Origin: Chthoniobacterales bacterium
GTDB lineage: Bacteria; Verrucomicrobiota; Verrucomicrobiia; Chthoniobacterales; Chthoniobacteraceae
Direction: 5' to 3'
NCBI GenBank assembly: GCA_038207335.1
Contig: JBBQZX010000014.1
Coordinates: 65,186-129,185, forward strand
Length of the DNA stretch: 64,000 nt
Below are positions 30,067 to 40,490 of the stretch, one piece after another. Position 1 is the stretch's first letter. Every line of letters begins with the position of its first letter. The position numbers and the translations under genes are program-made. Under the pieces are notes generated by a model. It saw only the letters and a list, made by a program, of their open reading frames with translations. It searched no databases and was not told the DNA's origin.

Positions 30067-30816
30067 ATGACCACCCCTGTATCTCAGCTTCCATCTGGAC
30101 CCGAACTCGCGGAGTCAATGCTCCAGAATGTTCGCGATGCCGTGCCGCTGGGGATCGAGCAAATCGAGATGATGCTCGGACTGCTTGCGGTGGATGGCAG
30201 ACCGCTACGGAGCTTCCTTGAAGTCGGATGCGAGCACGGCTTGCTTGCTTCCGCGCTGCTTGGAGAACATCGAGAAGCGAAGGGTGTAATCGTGGACGCT
30301 TCCGCAAAATCGCTCGCATCGGTTCGCTCTCCGCTGAAGCCCTATCTTGATCAACTTGAACTGCTTTCAATCGATTTTACGCAGGATACGTGGATTGATT
30401 CTTTAAGGGGCAGAGCGCCTTTCGATGCTGTCGTGACTGCATTTGCGACACACGCACTCAGCGAAAAAGCCAAGCGCCGTATCTTCGCGGAGTTCCTCTC
30501 GCTGCTGCGTCCCGACGGAATTCTGATCATCTTTGAACACGTCTCTTCCGCCACCCGCTGGACTGAATCGGTGTGGGACGACACGATGATTCAGGCCATC
30601 TTCGGCGAGGAACTGAAGGAGCAGCCAAGTCTGCCACGGGCCGAAGTAGCACGCGAATATTACGAACGAAATGCGAAACAGGGAGCGACGAATGCCCCGC
30701 TCGAAGTGCAGTGCGAATGGCTCCGCGAAATCGGATTCGAGAGTGTCGAGTGTTTTTTGAAAGTGAGCGAGCTCGCAATGTTTGGAGGACAAAAGCCGGG
30801 TGCGAGCCACAAGTAG
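30067..30816 (+). CDS. Class I SAM-dependent methyltransferase
   Basis: FLEVGCEHG (degenerate motif I), VDAS, FDAVVTAFATHAL, LRPDG, WLREIGF. Confidence 0.8.
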   Translation: MTTPVSQLPSGPELAESMLQNVRDAVPLGIEQIEMMLGLLAVDGRPLRSFLEVGCEHGLLASALLGEHREAKGVIVDASAKSLASVRSPLKPYLDQLELLSIDFTQDTWIDSLRGRAPFDAVVTAFATHALSEKAKRRIFAEFLSLLRPDGILIIFEHVSSATRWTESVWDDTMIQAIFGEELKEQPSLPRAEVAREYYERNAKQGATNAPLEVQCEWLREIGFESVECFLKVSELAMFGGQKPGASHK

Positions 30817-30886
30817 GCGTTCCCACGGAGGCTCGCTCCGCCCCCGCTCGCCGTCTCCAGCGCCGAGGCAAAATCATGACCGCGCT

Positions 30887-32395
30887 TCAAAACTGAAAAT
30901 AGATGAACGCCTGAAAAACCTCGGGGGCGAAGAAAAGTGCGAGAGCGGTGCCGCAGCCGAGTAGCGCGGCGAAGACGTGAGCGGGAATTCCTCTCCACCA
31001 AGTCGCGAAGAAGCCGCGCGATGCCAGCCAGTGCAGGACGGCGAGCGCGACAAAGAGCCAGAGGCAATTGAGAGTGAAGCTGCGCTTGCCCGATGCGTGG
31101 AATCCCGTGAACGAACGCAGAATCGTGCTCGAGATCTCGAATCCCGTGGCTTTCAATTCGTGCGTCTTTTGATCGAAGACCGGCTGCGCACGGAAGAAAA
31201 TCCACGTAATGCAAATCCAGTAGAAACAGAGAGGCGGGCCGAGCCAGCGCATCGCGATCTTGAACCACTCTGCGGCTCCGACGGTGAGCCGCGTCCACTC
31301 GCGATGCGCGATGAGCGCGAAGCCGTGGAGGCCGCCCCAGATCACGAAATTCCACGACGCGCCGTGCCACAGCCCGCCGAGCAACATGGTGAGCATGAGG
31401 TTGCGATACGTGAAAATGTTCGAACCGCGATTTCCGCCGAGCGAAATGTAGAGGTAATCTCGCAGCCATGTGCTGAGCGAGATGTGCCAGCGCCGCCAGA
31501 AGTCGGTGATATTCGCGGCGAAATACGGGAAGTCGAAATTGACCGTAAGGTCGTATCCGAGCAGGCGCGCGGTCGCGATCGCCATGTCGGTGTAGCCGCT
31601 GAAATCACAGTAGATTTGCACCGCATAAAACAGGACGCCGATGAATGCGCTGTAGAGATTGTATTTCTCCGGCGAGGCGAAAAAGAGGTCAGCGACAGGC
31701 GCCACATTTTCGGAGATGCACGCCTTTTTCACGAAGCCGATGAAGAAGAGAACGAGGCAGTGGCGCACATCGACATTTGACCAGACGCGCGTGACGAAAA
31801 CCTGCGGGAGGAAGGTCATCGCGCGGACGATGGGGCCGGCAACGAGCTGCGGGAAAAACGAGATAAAAAACGCGAGGTCGAGGAAGCTGCGGACCGGCTC
31901 GATGCGGCGGCGATAGACGTCGATCGAGTAGCTCATCGACTGGAACGTGTAGAAGCTGACGCCGTACGGAAGGATGATGCGGAGCGTCCAATCCGACGTG
32001 TGGAGGCCGAGCCACGACAGGAAGCCGGAGGCCGAGCCAATGAAGAAATTGTAGTATTTAAATAGGACGAGGACGCCGAGATTCACGCAAAGGCTCAGAA
32101 GCAGCCATGCCCGGCGACGAATCTCCACGCTTGACCCGCCGATGCCGAAGCCGACGGCGTAGTCGAGGCAGGTGGAGCCCATTAGGACGAATGGGAACCA
32201 CCAGCCATCGGGCAGTGGCTGATGCGCGGCGACCTTTTGAATGAAGCTCCACGGATCGCCAACGAAGAAGCAGGCGTAGAAAAAATGGCTGGCGGCGAGA
32301 AGCCAGATTTTCCGCGGCGCATTCCCTCGCAGCGCCCAATGCACGCTGAAAACGACAAGAAAAAAAATCAGGAATCGGAACTCGACGAAGAGCAT
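30887..32395 (-). CDS. MBOAT-family O-acyltransferase (AlgI/DltB-like)
   Basis: FKYYNFF, SFYTFQSMSY, FFPQLVAGPI, QIYCDFSGYTDMA, FWRRWHISLSTWLRDYLYI, GLWHGA. Confidence 0.93.
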   Translation of the reverse strand: MLFVEFRFLIFFLVVFSVHWALRGNAPRKIWLLAASHFFYACFFVGDPWSFIQKVAAHQPLPDGWWFPFVLMGSTCLDYAVGFGIGGSSVEIRRRAWLLLSLCVNLGVLVLFKYYNFFIGSASGFLSWLGLHTSDWTLRIILPYGVSFYTFQSMSYSIDVYRRRIEPVRSFLDLAFFISFFPQLVAGPIVRAMTFLPQVFVTRVWSNVDVRHCLVLFFIGFVKKACISENVAPVADLFFASPEKYNLYSAFIGVLFYAVQIYCDFSGYTDMAIATARLLGYDLTVNFDFPYFAANITDFWRRWHISLSTWLRDYLYISLGGNRGSNIFTYRNLMLTMLLGGLWHGASWNFVIWGGLHGFALIAHREWTRLTVGAAEWFKIAMRWLGPPLCFYWICITWIFFRAQPVFDQKTHELKATGFEISSTILRSFTGFHASGKRSFTLNCLWLFVALAVLHWLASRGFFATWWRGIPAHVFAALLGCGTALALFFAPEVFQAFIYFQF

Positions 32396-32545
32396 TGGGC
32401 CCGGAGGCTTTACTGCAATGGTCGGCGTTGCCGCGAGTTATTTGGCACCCCGCCTGGTGCCGCGCTCCGATGGCGCTTTACAAGGCCAACGCGCTATTTT
32501 CTAACTCTCCGCGGCCTCCAACGGTCGGACCAATACTCGAAAAAT

Positions 32546-32998
32546 ATGCGGCAACTTCTCATGCTCATCGTCGTCGCGGCGGCGATTTACCTCGGCTACA
32601 CCTATTACCAACAACGCGTCGCTGCGCCGGTGGAGGTGGCCGATGACGCGCCGGCAGAGACGATCCCGTCTGAGTCCCAGCCGATCATCCCCGCGACACC
32701 CGCGCCTGCGATTTTTAAATCGAAAATCCAAATCGCCGATACTGCCACTGGGGAAAAGCATCTCGCGCCTCCCGGCATTTTCTACATGCGCGAGCGAGTC
32801 AGCGCGGAGACGCAGACGGGCATTCACGCGGTGGTGCCCGGCGAGAAGGTGTTGCTGCTCAAGCGCAATGGCGACGGCACGCTACGGCTCTCGCACGAGC
32901 TCGTGGAATTCACGGTGAAGGACTCGCAGGTCACCAACGATCTCGACGAGGCGCAGGAAGCGGAGAAGCAGGAATTCCTCAAGCGCACGAAGCGCTGA
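32546..32998 (+). CDS. Hypothetical membrane-anchored protein
   Basis: ATG 32546, N-terminal TM (LLMLIVVAAAIYLGYTYY), typical codon usage; precedes dprA. Confidence 0.65.
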   Translation: MRQLLMLIVVAAAIYLGYTYYQQRVAAPVEVADDAPAETIPSESQPIIPATPAPAIFKSKIQIADTATGEKHLAPPGIFYMRERVSAETQTGIHAVVPGEKVLLLKRNGDGTLRLSHELVEFTVKDSQVTNDLDEAQEAEKQEFLKRTKR

Positions 32999-33025
32999 AA
33001 ATCGTGCGGCCGGCGTGGATCCGCC

Positions 33026-34126
33026 ATGACTGAAACCGAGGCGTGCATCGCGCTCAACATGGTGCCGAATCTCGGCCCCGTGCGTCTGCGAAAGCTCCTC
33101 GGCGTTTTTGAAACTCCCGAGCGCGTACTTGTCGCTCGGGCTTCCGAATTGCGCGCGGTCGATGGCATCGGCGCGGAGGTGGCGGGCGCGATTTCCGAAT
33201 GGGAAAAGCACGTCGATCTCGCGGCGGAGCTGGCGCGCATAGCGGAGTTTGGCGCGAAAGTGATCACGCGCTCGTCGCCGGAATATCCGCGCGATCTTCT
33301 CGAAATCTACAACCCGCCCATCGTGCTCTACGTCTGGGGCGCGCTAACCGACCGAGATCATCATGCGGTCGGCATTGTCGGCTCGCGCAAGACGAGCCAC
33401 TACGGCCTCGAGTCGTCGAAGAAGCTCGCGTATCAGCTCGCATTCGCGGGGCTTACGGTCGTGAGCGGACTCGCGCGCGGGATCGACACTGCGGCTCATC
33501 AGGGCGCGCTTGCGGCGCAGGGGCGCACAGTCGCGGTGATCGGCTCCGGTCTCCTTCAGCTCTATCCTCCGGAAAATCTCGGCCTCGCGGAAAAGATCAC
33601 GGCCTCTGGCGCAGTCGTCAGCGAGTATCCGATGGGCTTCCCGCCCAGCCCACAAAGCTTTCCGTATCGCAATCGCATCGTCGCCGGATGGGGCCGCGGA
33701 CTGCTCGTCGTGGAGGCGGGGCTAAACAGCGGCGCGCTCATCACGGCAGGCCAGGCAATCGAGCACAACCGGCTCGTCTATGCCGTGCCGGGACAAATCG
33801 ACCGACCGAGTTCCGCTGGCTCGAATCGTCTGATCCAGCAAGGCGCGAAGCTCGTCACGAGCGCAGGTGACATCCTCGACGACATGCAGAGCCTCTTCCC
33901 CGAGCGCGCTCCCGCAACGCCCGAGGCGCAGAAAGAGACCCTCCTTTCACCAGACGAACGCCTCGTGCTCGGACGTCTCACGAGCACCGAGAGCGACCTC
34001 GACATGCTGGTCGAAAGCACACTGCTACCCGCACAAAAAATCTCGGCTGCGCTCTTCGGCTTGGAAATGAAGCGGCTCGTGAAACAGCTCCCGGGCCAGC
34101 AGTTCGTACGGCTTGGTGAATATTGA
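33026..34126 (+). CDS. dprA: DNA-processing protein DprA
   Basis: YP..L..I.NPP.VLY, IVGSR, VVSGLARGIDTAAH, FPYRNRIVAG, VEAG..SGALITA; C-terminal winged helix. Confidence 0.95.
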   Translation: MTETEACIALNMVPNLGPVRLRKLLGVFETPERVLVARASELRAVDGIGAEVAGAISEWEKHVDLAAELARIAEFGAKVITRSSPEYPRDLLEIYNPPIVLYVWGALTDRDHHAVGIVGSRKTSHYGLESSKKLAYQLAFAGLTVVSGLARGIDTAAHQGALAAQGRTVAVIGSGLLQLYPPENLGLAEKITASGAVVSEYPMGFPPSPQSFPYRNRIVAGWGRGLLVVEAGLNSGALITAGQAIEHNRLVYAVPGQIDRPSSAGSNRLIQQGAKLVTSAGDILDDMQSLFPERAPATPEAQKETLLSPDERLVLGRLTSTESDLDMLVESTLLPAQKISAALFGLEMKRLVKQLPGQQFVRLGEY

Positions 34127-34133
34127 CGTCACC

Positions 34134-35036
34134 ATGGCCCACGACCACAACCACGACCACGCCCCGCGCGACTACAACGCCGCATTCGCCATCGGGATCG
34201 GGCTGAATGTCTTCTACATCGTGCTCGAGGTCGTCTTCGGGCTGCTCGGCGACTCTCTCGCGCTGCTCGCCGATGCCGGGCACAATCTCACCGACGTGCT
34301 CGGCCTGCTGCTCGCGTGGGGCGCGCATCGTCTCGCCTCGGCCGCGGCGACTCCGAGGCGCACGTACGGATGGCGGCGCGCATCGATCCTCGCGGCGCTC
34401 GCAAATGCACTTCTGCTCATCGGCGCGGTTGTCGCGATCTCGTGGGAAGCGTCACAGCGATTCGCGCATCCGCAGACAGCGGCGGGTGCGACCATTATGT
34501 GGGTCGCAGGCGCGGGCGTGCTCGTGAATGCGGTCACCGCATGGCTTTTCATGGCCGGACGAAAAGACGACATCAACGTGCGTGGTGCATTCGTCCACAT
34601 GGCGGCGGATGCCGGCGTGTCCCTAGCCGTGGTGCTCGCAGGTGCCGCGATCCAGTTCACCGGCGTTCTCTGGATCGATCCGGTGATGAGTCTCCTCGTC
34701 GCCGCGGTGATCCTCGTCACCACATGGTCGCTCCTGCGCGACTCCGTGAATCTCGCGGTCGATGCCGTGCCCGAGGACATCGACCCCACCGCGGTCGAAA
34801 GTTTTCTCACGCAACTTCCCGGCGTAGTCGAAGTCCACGACCTCCACATCTGGCCGCTTAGCACGACGGAGACAGCACTTACCGCGCATCTCGTGCGCCC
34901 CGGTGCGGGGCTGGATGACGACTTTCTCGCCCACATCTGCGACGCGCTGCACGACCGCTTTCACATCGGACACACCACCATTCAAATCGAGCACCGCAAA
35001 GCGGCCGATTCCTGCGGCCACGCCGATCACGAATGA
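34134..35036 (+). CDS. Cation diffusion facilitator (CzcD/ZitB-like) metal efflux transporter
   Basis: His-rich N-terminus, SLALLADAGHNLTD, HMAADA, VHDLHIW, HTTIQIE. Confidence 0.93.
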   Translation: MAHDHNHDHAPRDYNAAFAIGIGLNVFYIVLEVVFGLLGDSLALLADAGHNLTDVLGLLLAWGAHRLASAAATPRRTYGWRRASILAALANALLLIGAVVAISWEASQRFAHPQTAAGATIMWVAGAGVLVNAVTAWLFMAGRKDDINVRGAFVHMAADAGVSLAVVLAGAAIQFTGVLWIDPVMSLLVAAVILVTTWSLLRDSVNLAVDAVPEDIDPTAVESFLTQLPGVVEVHDLHIWPLSTTETALTAHLVRPGAGLDDDFLAHICDALHDRFHIGHTTIQIEHRKAADSCGHADHE

Positions 35037-35040
35037 GCCG

Positions 35041-36264
35041 ATGAACTTCGAACCGCCGACCGCTGAACACATGCACACCCGCTGCTGCATCGTCGGCGGC
35101 GGGCCAGCCGGCATGATGCTCGGCTTCCTCCTCGCTCGCGCTGGCGTCGAAGTCGTCGTGCTCGAAAAGCACAAAGATTTCCTCCGCGATTTCAGAGGCG
35201 ACACGATCCATCCTTCAACGCTTGAGGTGATCTACGAACTCGGCCTGCTCGACGAATTTCTGCAGCAGCCGCATCAGGAAGTCCGGCAGGTCGAGGCGCA
35301 CTTTGGCGACCACGTCATCACGCTCGCGGACTTTTCACACCTCCCGTCGCACTGCCAGTTTCTCGCATTCATGCCGCAGTGGGATTTTCTCAATTTCATC
35401 GCAACCCACGCGCGGCGCCTGCCCTGTTTTCATCTCCGCATGGAGGCCGAGGCCGTCGAACTTTTGTGGGAAAAAGAGCGCGTCACCGGGATCAAAGCGC
35501 GCATTCCGAATGGCGAACTCCACGTCCACGCGAGCCTCGTCGTCGGAGCGGATGGACGCGCCTCGACCGTGCGCGACTGCGCGCAACTCAAGGTGCTCGA
35601 TCTCGGCGCGCCGATCGACGTGCTTTGGTTTCGTCTCTCAAAAAAATCGAACGATCCCGAGCAGTCGTTCGGACACGTCGGCACGCGCCAATTCATGGTT
35701 CTGCTCGATCGCGGCGACTACTGGCAATGCGCATACGTCATCGAGAAGGGCACGTTTCAAGAAAAACGCGAAAGTGGGATCGCGGCATTCCACAACGAGA
35801 TCGCGCGTTGCACGCCGTTCTTTCATGACCGTACCGGCGAGTTAAAGAGCTGGGACGACGTGAAACTGCTCACGGTCAAAGTCGATAGACTGGAGTCCTG
35901 GGCTCGCGACGGTTTGCTGTGCATCGGCGACTGCGCGCACGCCATGTCGCCCATCGGTGGAGTCGGCATCAATCTCGCGATCCAGGACGCGGTTGCAGCC
36001 GCACGCTTACTTGCGGAAAGGCTCCGCACCAACAACTTCAACACGTCCGATCTGCGCGAAGTCCAGCACCGGCGGGAGTTGCCGACGCGCCTCACGCAGC
36101 GCCTTCAAATCTTTCTGCACCAGCATTTCCTCACGCCGATTTTCCACGCCACCGAGCAGCCCGATCCGCCTTGGCCGATACGCCTCATCGGCAGACTCCC
36201 GCTCCTCCGCCGCATCCCGGCGCGCATGATCGGGCTCGGCTTCCGCCCCGAGCACATCGTGTGA
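35041..36264 (+). CDS. FAD-dependent oxidoreductase (UbiH/monooxygenase-like)
   Basis: GGGPAG, EKHKDFLRDFRGDTIHPST, GADGRAS, GDCAHAMSPIGGVGINLAIQD. Confidence 0.9.
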   Translation: MNFEPPTAEHMHTRCCIVGGGPAGMMLGFLLARAGVEVVVLEKHKDFLRDFRGDTIHPSTLEVIYELGLLDEFLQQPHQEVRQVEAHFGDHVITLADFSHLPSHCQFLAFMPQWDFLNFIATHARRLPCFHLRMEAEAVELLWEKERVTGIKARIPNGELHVHASLVVGADGRASTVRDCAQLKVLDLGAPIDVLWFRLSKKSNDPEQSFGHVGTRQFMVLLDRGDYWQCAYVIEKGTFQEKRESGIAAFHNEIARCTPFFHDRTGELKSWDDVKLLTVKVDRLESWARDGLLCIGDCAHAMSPIGGVGINLAIQDAVAAARLLAERLRTNNFNTSDLREVQHRRELPTRLTQRLQIFLHQHFLTPIFHATEQPDPPWPIRLIGRLPLLRRIPARMIGLGFRPEHIV

Positions 36265-36352
36265 TCGTGGTAGGTGGAATCACCGATTCCGCCGAACGTT
36301 CCGGCGCGGAAACCCTGCCAGAATCAGCGATCCCGGCCACAACTCCGCAGCC

Positions 36353-37528
36353 ATGACCATTCTCCTCGTTTTCGCTGTCACGCTTTTCGCCGCTGTCATC
36401 ATCTCGGAACTCGCCGAGCGCAGCGTGCTCTCGACCGCCGTGCTGTTTCTCGTCGCCGGCTTTTTTGCCGGTGCGGGAATGCTGAATTTCCTGCATTTCA
36501 AACCCGCGGATCCCGTCGTCACCGGCGTTGCGAATATCGCGCTGCTCAGCGTGCTTTTCACCGACGGAATGCGAGTCGGCGTGCGCGATCTTACGACCGC
36601 GTGGCATCTGCCCGGCCGTGCGTTGCTACTCGGCATGCCGCTGACAGCGGCGATCACTGCCGTGATCGGGCACTTCGTCGCGGGGTTGCCGTGGCTGGAG
36701 GCCGCACTCGTTGGAGCTGTGCTCAGTCCCACCGATCCTGTTTTTGCGGCGGCGATTATCGGCCGGGAGGAAATCCCGCACCGCCTCCGCCATCTGCTGA
36801 ATGTGGAAAGCGGTGTGAACGACGGGCTCGCTCTGCCGGTTGTCATCGCGCTGCTCGCCATGCTCGGCGGGTGGAAAATGAGCACTGGCGAACTGCTCCT
36901 CGAGCTGGCTCTCGGACTCGCGCTCGGCGCGCTCATTCCGTGGCTCGGTGCGCTGGTCGTGCGCCGGAAATTTGTCACTGTCGCCGTTGCATACCAACCG
37001 CTTTACGCGCTTTCGGTAGGCCTGCTTGTGATCTCCCTCGCGACGATCATCCACGCCAACGAATACCTCGCCGCGTTTGCCGCGGGTATGACGCTCGCGA
37101 GCGTGACGCCGAAAGCGCGCGAACATTTTCAGCACTTCGGCGAGACTGTCGCCGAGCTTGCCAAGCTCGCCGCGCTGCTCGTTTTTGGCGGACTCATCTC
37201 ACCGAAGTTCCTTGGCGAGATCTCGCTGACCGGCTATGGCTTCGCGGTCCTCGCGCTCTTCGTCGCGAGACCCGCGGCGCTTCTGCTGGCGCTAATCCGC
37301 ACGGAACTCGACTGGCGGGAGAGGCTCGTCGCCGCGTGGTTTGGGCCGAAGGGATTTGCGTCGGTGGTGTATGGGCTTTTCGCGCTCTACAGCCTCGGAG
37401 ACGCGCGCGGCAGCGGGATGTTTCACCTCATCGCGCTCACCATCGCGCTCTCGATCCTCGCGCATTCTTCAACCGACGTTCCGGTTGCGCGGTGGTTTCG
37501 CAAATGCGAGCAGCCCGGCGGGGCGTGA
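36353..37528 (+). CDS. CPA1/NhaP-type cation:proton antiporter
   Basis: LSPTDPV, VESGVNDG, WFGPKG; many TM helices. Confidence 0.9.
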   Translation: MTILLVFAVTLFAAVIISELAERSVLSTAVLFLVAGFFAGAGMLNFLHFKPADPVVTGVANIALLSVLFTDGMRVGVRDLTTAWHLPGRALLLGMPLTAAITAVIGHFVAGLPWLEAALVGAVLSPTDPVFAAAIIGREEIPHRLRHLLNVESGVNDGLALPVVIALLAMLGGWKMSTGELLLELALGLALGALIPWLGALVVRRKFVTVAVAYQPLYALSVGLLVISLATIIHANEYLAAFAAGMTLASVTPKAREHFQHFGETVAELAKLAALLVFGGLISPKFLGEISLTGYGFAVLALFVARPAALLLALIRTELDWRERLVAAWFGPKGFASVVYGLFALYSLGDARGSGMFHLIALTIALSILAHSSTDVPVARWFRKCEQPGGA

Positions 37529-37550
37529 CCTGGAAATCTTCGCAGGATAA

Positions 37551-38615
37551 CTACCGCACGCAGCGGAAGCCGGTGTTTGCGAGGCCAGTGTCCGGCGAGG
37601 TCTTCATCCGCGCGCTCGGCCGGTAGCCTTTGCAATACATGTCGCTGCACATGAATGAGCCTCCACGCGTGACGCGCTTCATCACGCCGGGCTCGTTGGG
37701 ATCGGAACTCGTCGTCGGGCCGGGCGGATTTGTGTGGGGACTGTGCAGGTAGTAGTCGGGTTCATACCAGTCGGCGCACCATTCCCACACGTTGCCCGCC
37801 ATGTCGTAGAGACCGTATCCATTCGGCGGAAAGCTGCCGACTGGTGCCGTCTCCATGAACCCATCGTCAGCGGTATTTTCAGTGGGAAATGCGCCCTCCC
37901 AAATGTTCGCCATCCATTTGCCGCCGGGCACCTTTTCTTTACCCCAGACGAATGCCTGATGATCGAGCCCGCCGCGCGCTGCGAATTCCCATTCCGCCTC
38001 GGTCGGCAGCCGCTTCTTTGCCCACCGGCAGTAGGCCATCGCGTCGTCCCAGCAAACCTGCACGACTGGATATTTTTCTTTCCCGACGATTGTGGAATCC
38101 GGTCCGCTCGGGTGCCGCCAGTTTGCGCCCGGTGTGTAGCTCCACCATTGCATGTGATCTTCGAGCGAATCGACATGCGCGGGCGGTGTAAAAGTAATCG
38201 ATCCTGCCTTCAAATTTTCCACTGGAACGCCTGGGAAATCTTTCGGGTCTGGGTTTCGCTCGGCGACGGTGACGTATCCGGTGGCCTCGACGAAATGCGC
38301 GAATTGCCCATTCGTCACCTCGGTCTTATCCATCCAGAAACCGTCGATCTTCACGTCGTGCAGCGGCTGCTCATCGTTCTGCCCGTCATTGGCACCCATG
38401 ATGAATTTTCCGGGCACAATCCAGATCATATCGCCGGTGAGCAGACTGCTCGCCGCCGCTGTAGCATCTCGTTGCTTCTTGATCCGAAGCGCCTCGCGGC
38501 TGACCCAAAATGTCGTCAAAAGGATGCCCGCAAGCAAAATCCCGCCGATAATCAGTGCGCTGCGGGTTGCGGGTTTTAAAGTCGGAATAGGATCGGCAGG
38601 CGCGGCAGTTTTCAC
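37551..38615 (-). CDS. Formylglycine-generating enzyme (SUMF1) family protein with N-terminal membrane anchor
   Basis: F.MG..E.P.H, TEVTNGQF, RLPTEAEWEFAARGG, NGYGLYDMAGNVWEW, RGGSFMCSDMYC, GFRC. Confidence 0.92.
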   Translation of the reverse strand: MKTAAPADPIPTLKPATRSALIIGGILLAGILLTTFWVSREALRIKKQRDATAAASSLLTGDMIWIVPGKFIMGANDGQNDEQPLHDVKIDGFWMDKTEVTNGQFAHFVEATGYVTVAERNPDPKDFPGVPVENLKAGSITFTPPAHVDSLEDHMQWWSYTPGANWRHPSGPDSTIVGKEKYPVVQVCWDDAMAYCRWAKKRLPTEAEWEFAARGGLDHQAFVWGKEKVPGGKWMANIWEGAFPTENTADDGFMETAPVGSFPPNGYGLYDMAGNVWEWCADWYEPDYYLHSPHTNPPGPTTSSDPNEPGVMKRVTRGGSFMCSDMYCKGYRPSARMKTSPDTGLANTGFRCVR

Positions 38616-38685
38616 GGGACGTCAAACTTCCGGGAACGAAGGAAGGGACGCAAGGGACTTAACGGATTCGGGAACTTTCACGATG

Positions 38686-40386
38686 TCAGCGCTCACCGCC
38701 CGTGCTCTTCGAAATCGCCGCGCGCAGTGTGGCGATCGTGAACGGCTTGCTCACCACCAAGTCGATCCCGGGAGGCTGCTCCCCTGCCCCCGTCATCAGA
38801 TCGCCGAATCCCGTGAGCAAAATCAGCGGCTGCTTCGGCTTCAGTTTCTTCACCTCCACCGCGAGCTGGTCGCCGTTCATTTCCGGCATCGCGCGATCCG
38901 TCATCACCAGGTCGAATTCGCCCGCCTGAAATTTCTCGAGTCCCTCGCGACCGTTGCACGCCGTTGTGACTTCGTGATGATCTTCGCTCAGGTAAACGCT
39001 CAACACCTCGCGAACGAGCGGCTCATCCTCGACGACGAGGATTCGCAGCGACTGGGAAACCGGAGCTGGCAGCTTCGGCTGCGGACGCGATTTTTCCGTC
39101 CCTCGCTCGAGCGGCAGCGAGATAGCTACGGATGTCCCGCGCCCCTGCTCGGTTTGAATGTCGATCTGCCCCTCGTGCCGGGTGACGATGCCGTAAACGC
39201 TGCCGAGCCCGAGCCCCGTCCCCTGGTCGTCCTTCGTTGTGAAAAACGGCTCGAGGCAGCGCGCCTTCACCTCATCGCTCATTCCGAGCCCGTCGTCCGA
39301 AACCGTGAGGACGACCCAACGCCCCTGCTGCTCCGTGCGGATCGTGATGGTCCCACGCCGGGGGATCGCATCAATTGAATTGAAAATCAAATTGACGAGC
39401 ACTTCCCGCAGCTCGCCTTCATTTCCAGCGACAGAAGGAACGTTGCCGAGTTCAGTGAGGACTTCGATGTTCACCCCGACGGCGAGCGCCTGGTCTTTCC
39501 ATCGCGGCTGCGTGAGCAGGACGACCTGCGGCACGAGATCGTTCAGCACGACCGGCGTGAAAATTTCGCTCTCGCCGCGATCACGGTAAAATTCACGCAA
39601 GCGGCTGACGACGCTGGCGCTGTCTTTGGCGGCACTGTTGATCATGTCGATGTAACTTTTCACCTTCGCCGGGTCGGCTCGCAGCTCAGGTTTCATCCCG
39701 AGTAATTCGCTGAAACCGAGGATGGGCGCGAGTGCGTTGTTGAGGTCGTGTGCGATGCCGTTTGCCATGCGCCCGAGCGCGTGCATCCGTTCGCGCTGGA
39801 TGATCTGCTGTTGAGTCGCGCGGAGCTGCCCGAGCGCCTCGGCGAGTTGGCGGTTGCTGCTCAGCGTCGCTTCCTCCGCCCGCTTGCGCTCAGCGATTTC
39901 GGTCTGAAGCCGCGTGTTCGCTTGCTGTAGCATGGCCGTCCGTTCGCGCACGCGGTTCTCGAGTTCGTCGTACGCGCGCTTGAGCTGCGACTGCACGCGC
40001 TTGCGCTCGATCGCATACTGCATGGAACGGACGAGCAGATGATTATCGACGTGGCCTTTCACCAGATAATCCTGTGCCCCGAGCTGCACGGTTTCGATCG
40101 CCAGCGCCACGTCGTTGATCCCGCTGAGCACGACGATCGCCACGTCCGGCAGTGCCTCGATCACGCGGATAAATGTCTCGATCCCGTCGCTATCCGGCAG
40201 CGTCAGATCGAGCAGGACGAGATGAATATCTCCGCGCTCCGCCCGGCGGAGCCCTTCCGCAAGCGAGCCCGCGGTGCTCAGGTGGAAGTGAGCGACGGCC
40301 GCCGAATTCGCAAGCAGTTGAGTGAAGAACTCAACATGCTCCGAGTTGTCTTCGACGAGCAGGGCGTTGACGAGCGACTGTTCCAT
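38686..40386 (-). CDS. Hybrid sensor histidine kinase / response regulator (REC-HisKA-HATPase-REC)
   Basis: LLVED..LLDLTLPD; GIAHDLNNAL; NLIFNSIDA; GTGLGL; C-terminal ILVVEDE..MTDRAMPEMNG. Confidence 0.92.
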   Translation of the reverse strand: MEQSLVNALLVEDNSEHVEFFTQLLANSAAVAHFHLSTAGSLAEGLRRAERGDIHLVLLDLTLPDSDGIETFIRVIEALPDVAIVVLSGINDVALAIETVQLGAQDYLVKGHVDNHLLVRSMQYAIERKRVQSQLKRAYDELENRVRERTAMLQQANTRLQTEIAERKRAEEATLSSNRQLAEALGQLRATQQQIIQRERMHALGRMANGIAHDLNNALAPILGFSELLGMKPELRADPAKVKSYIDMINSAAKDSASVVSRLREFYRDRGESEIFTPVVLNDLVPQVVLLTQPRWKDQALAVGVNIEVLTELGNVPSVAGNEGELREVLVNLIFNSIDAIPRRGTITIRTEQQGRWVVLTVSDDGLGMSDEVKARCLEPFFTTKDDQGTGLGLGSVYGIVTRHEGQIDIQTEQGRGTSVAISLPLERGTEKSRPQPKLPAPVSQSLRILVVEDEPLVREVLSVYLSEDHHEVTTACNGREGLEKFQAGEFDLVMTDRAMPEMNGDQLAVEVKKLKPKQPLILLTGFGDLMTGAGEQPPGIDLVVSKPFTIATLRAAISKSTGGER

Positions 40387-40490
40387 TTATGGCGGGGTGG
40401 TCGACAGTCCGCGAACTCTCGGAGCAAATGAGGAAATCAGGCCGCGCATATCAAAGAAGAGAGTAGCAAAAAGCCTTCCAGCCGCAGGAT

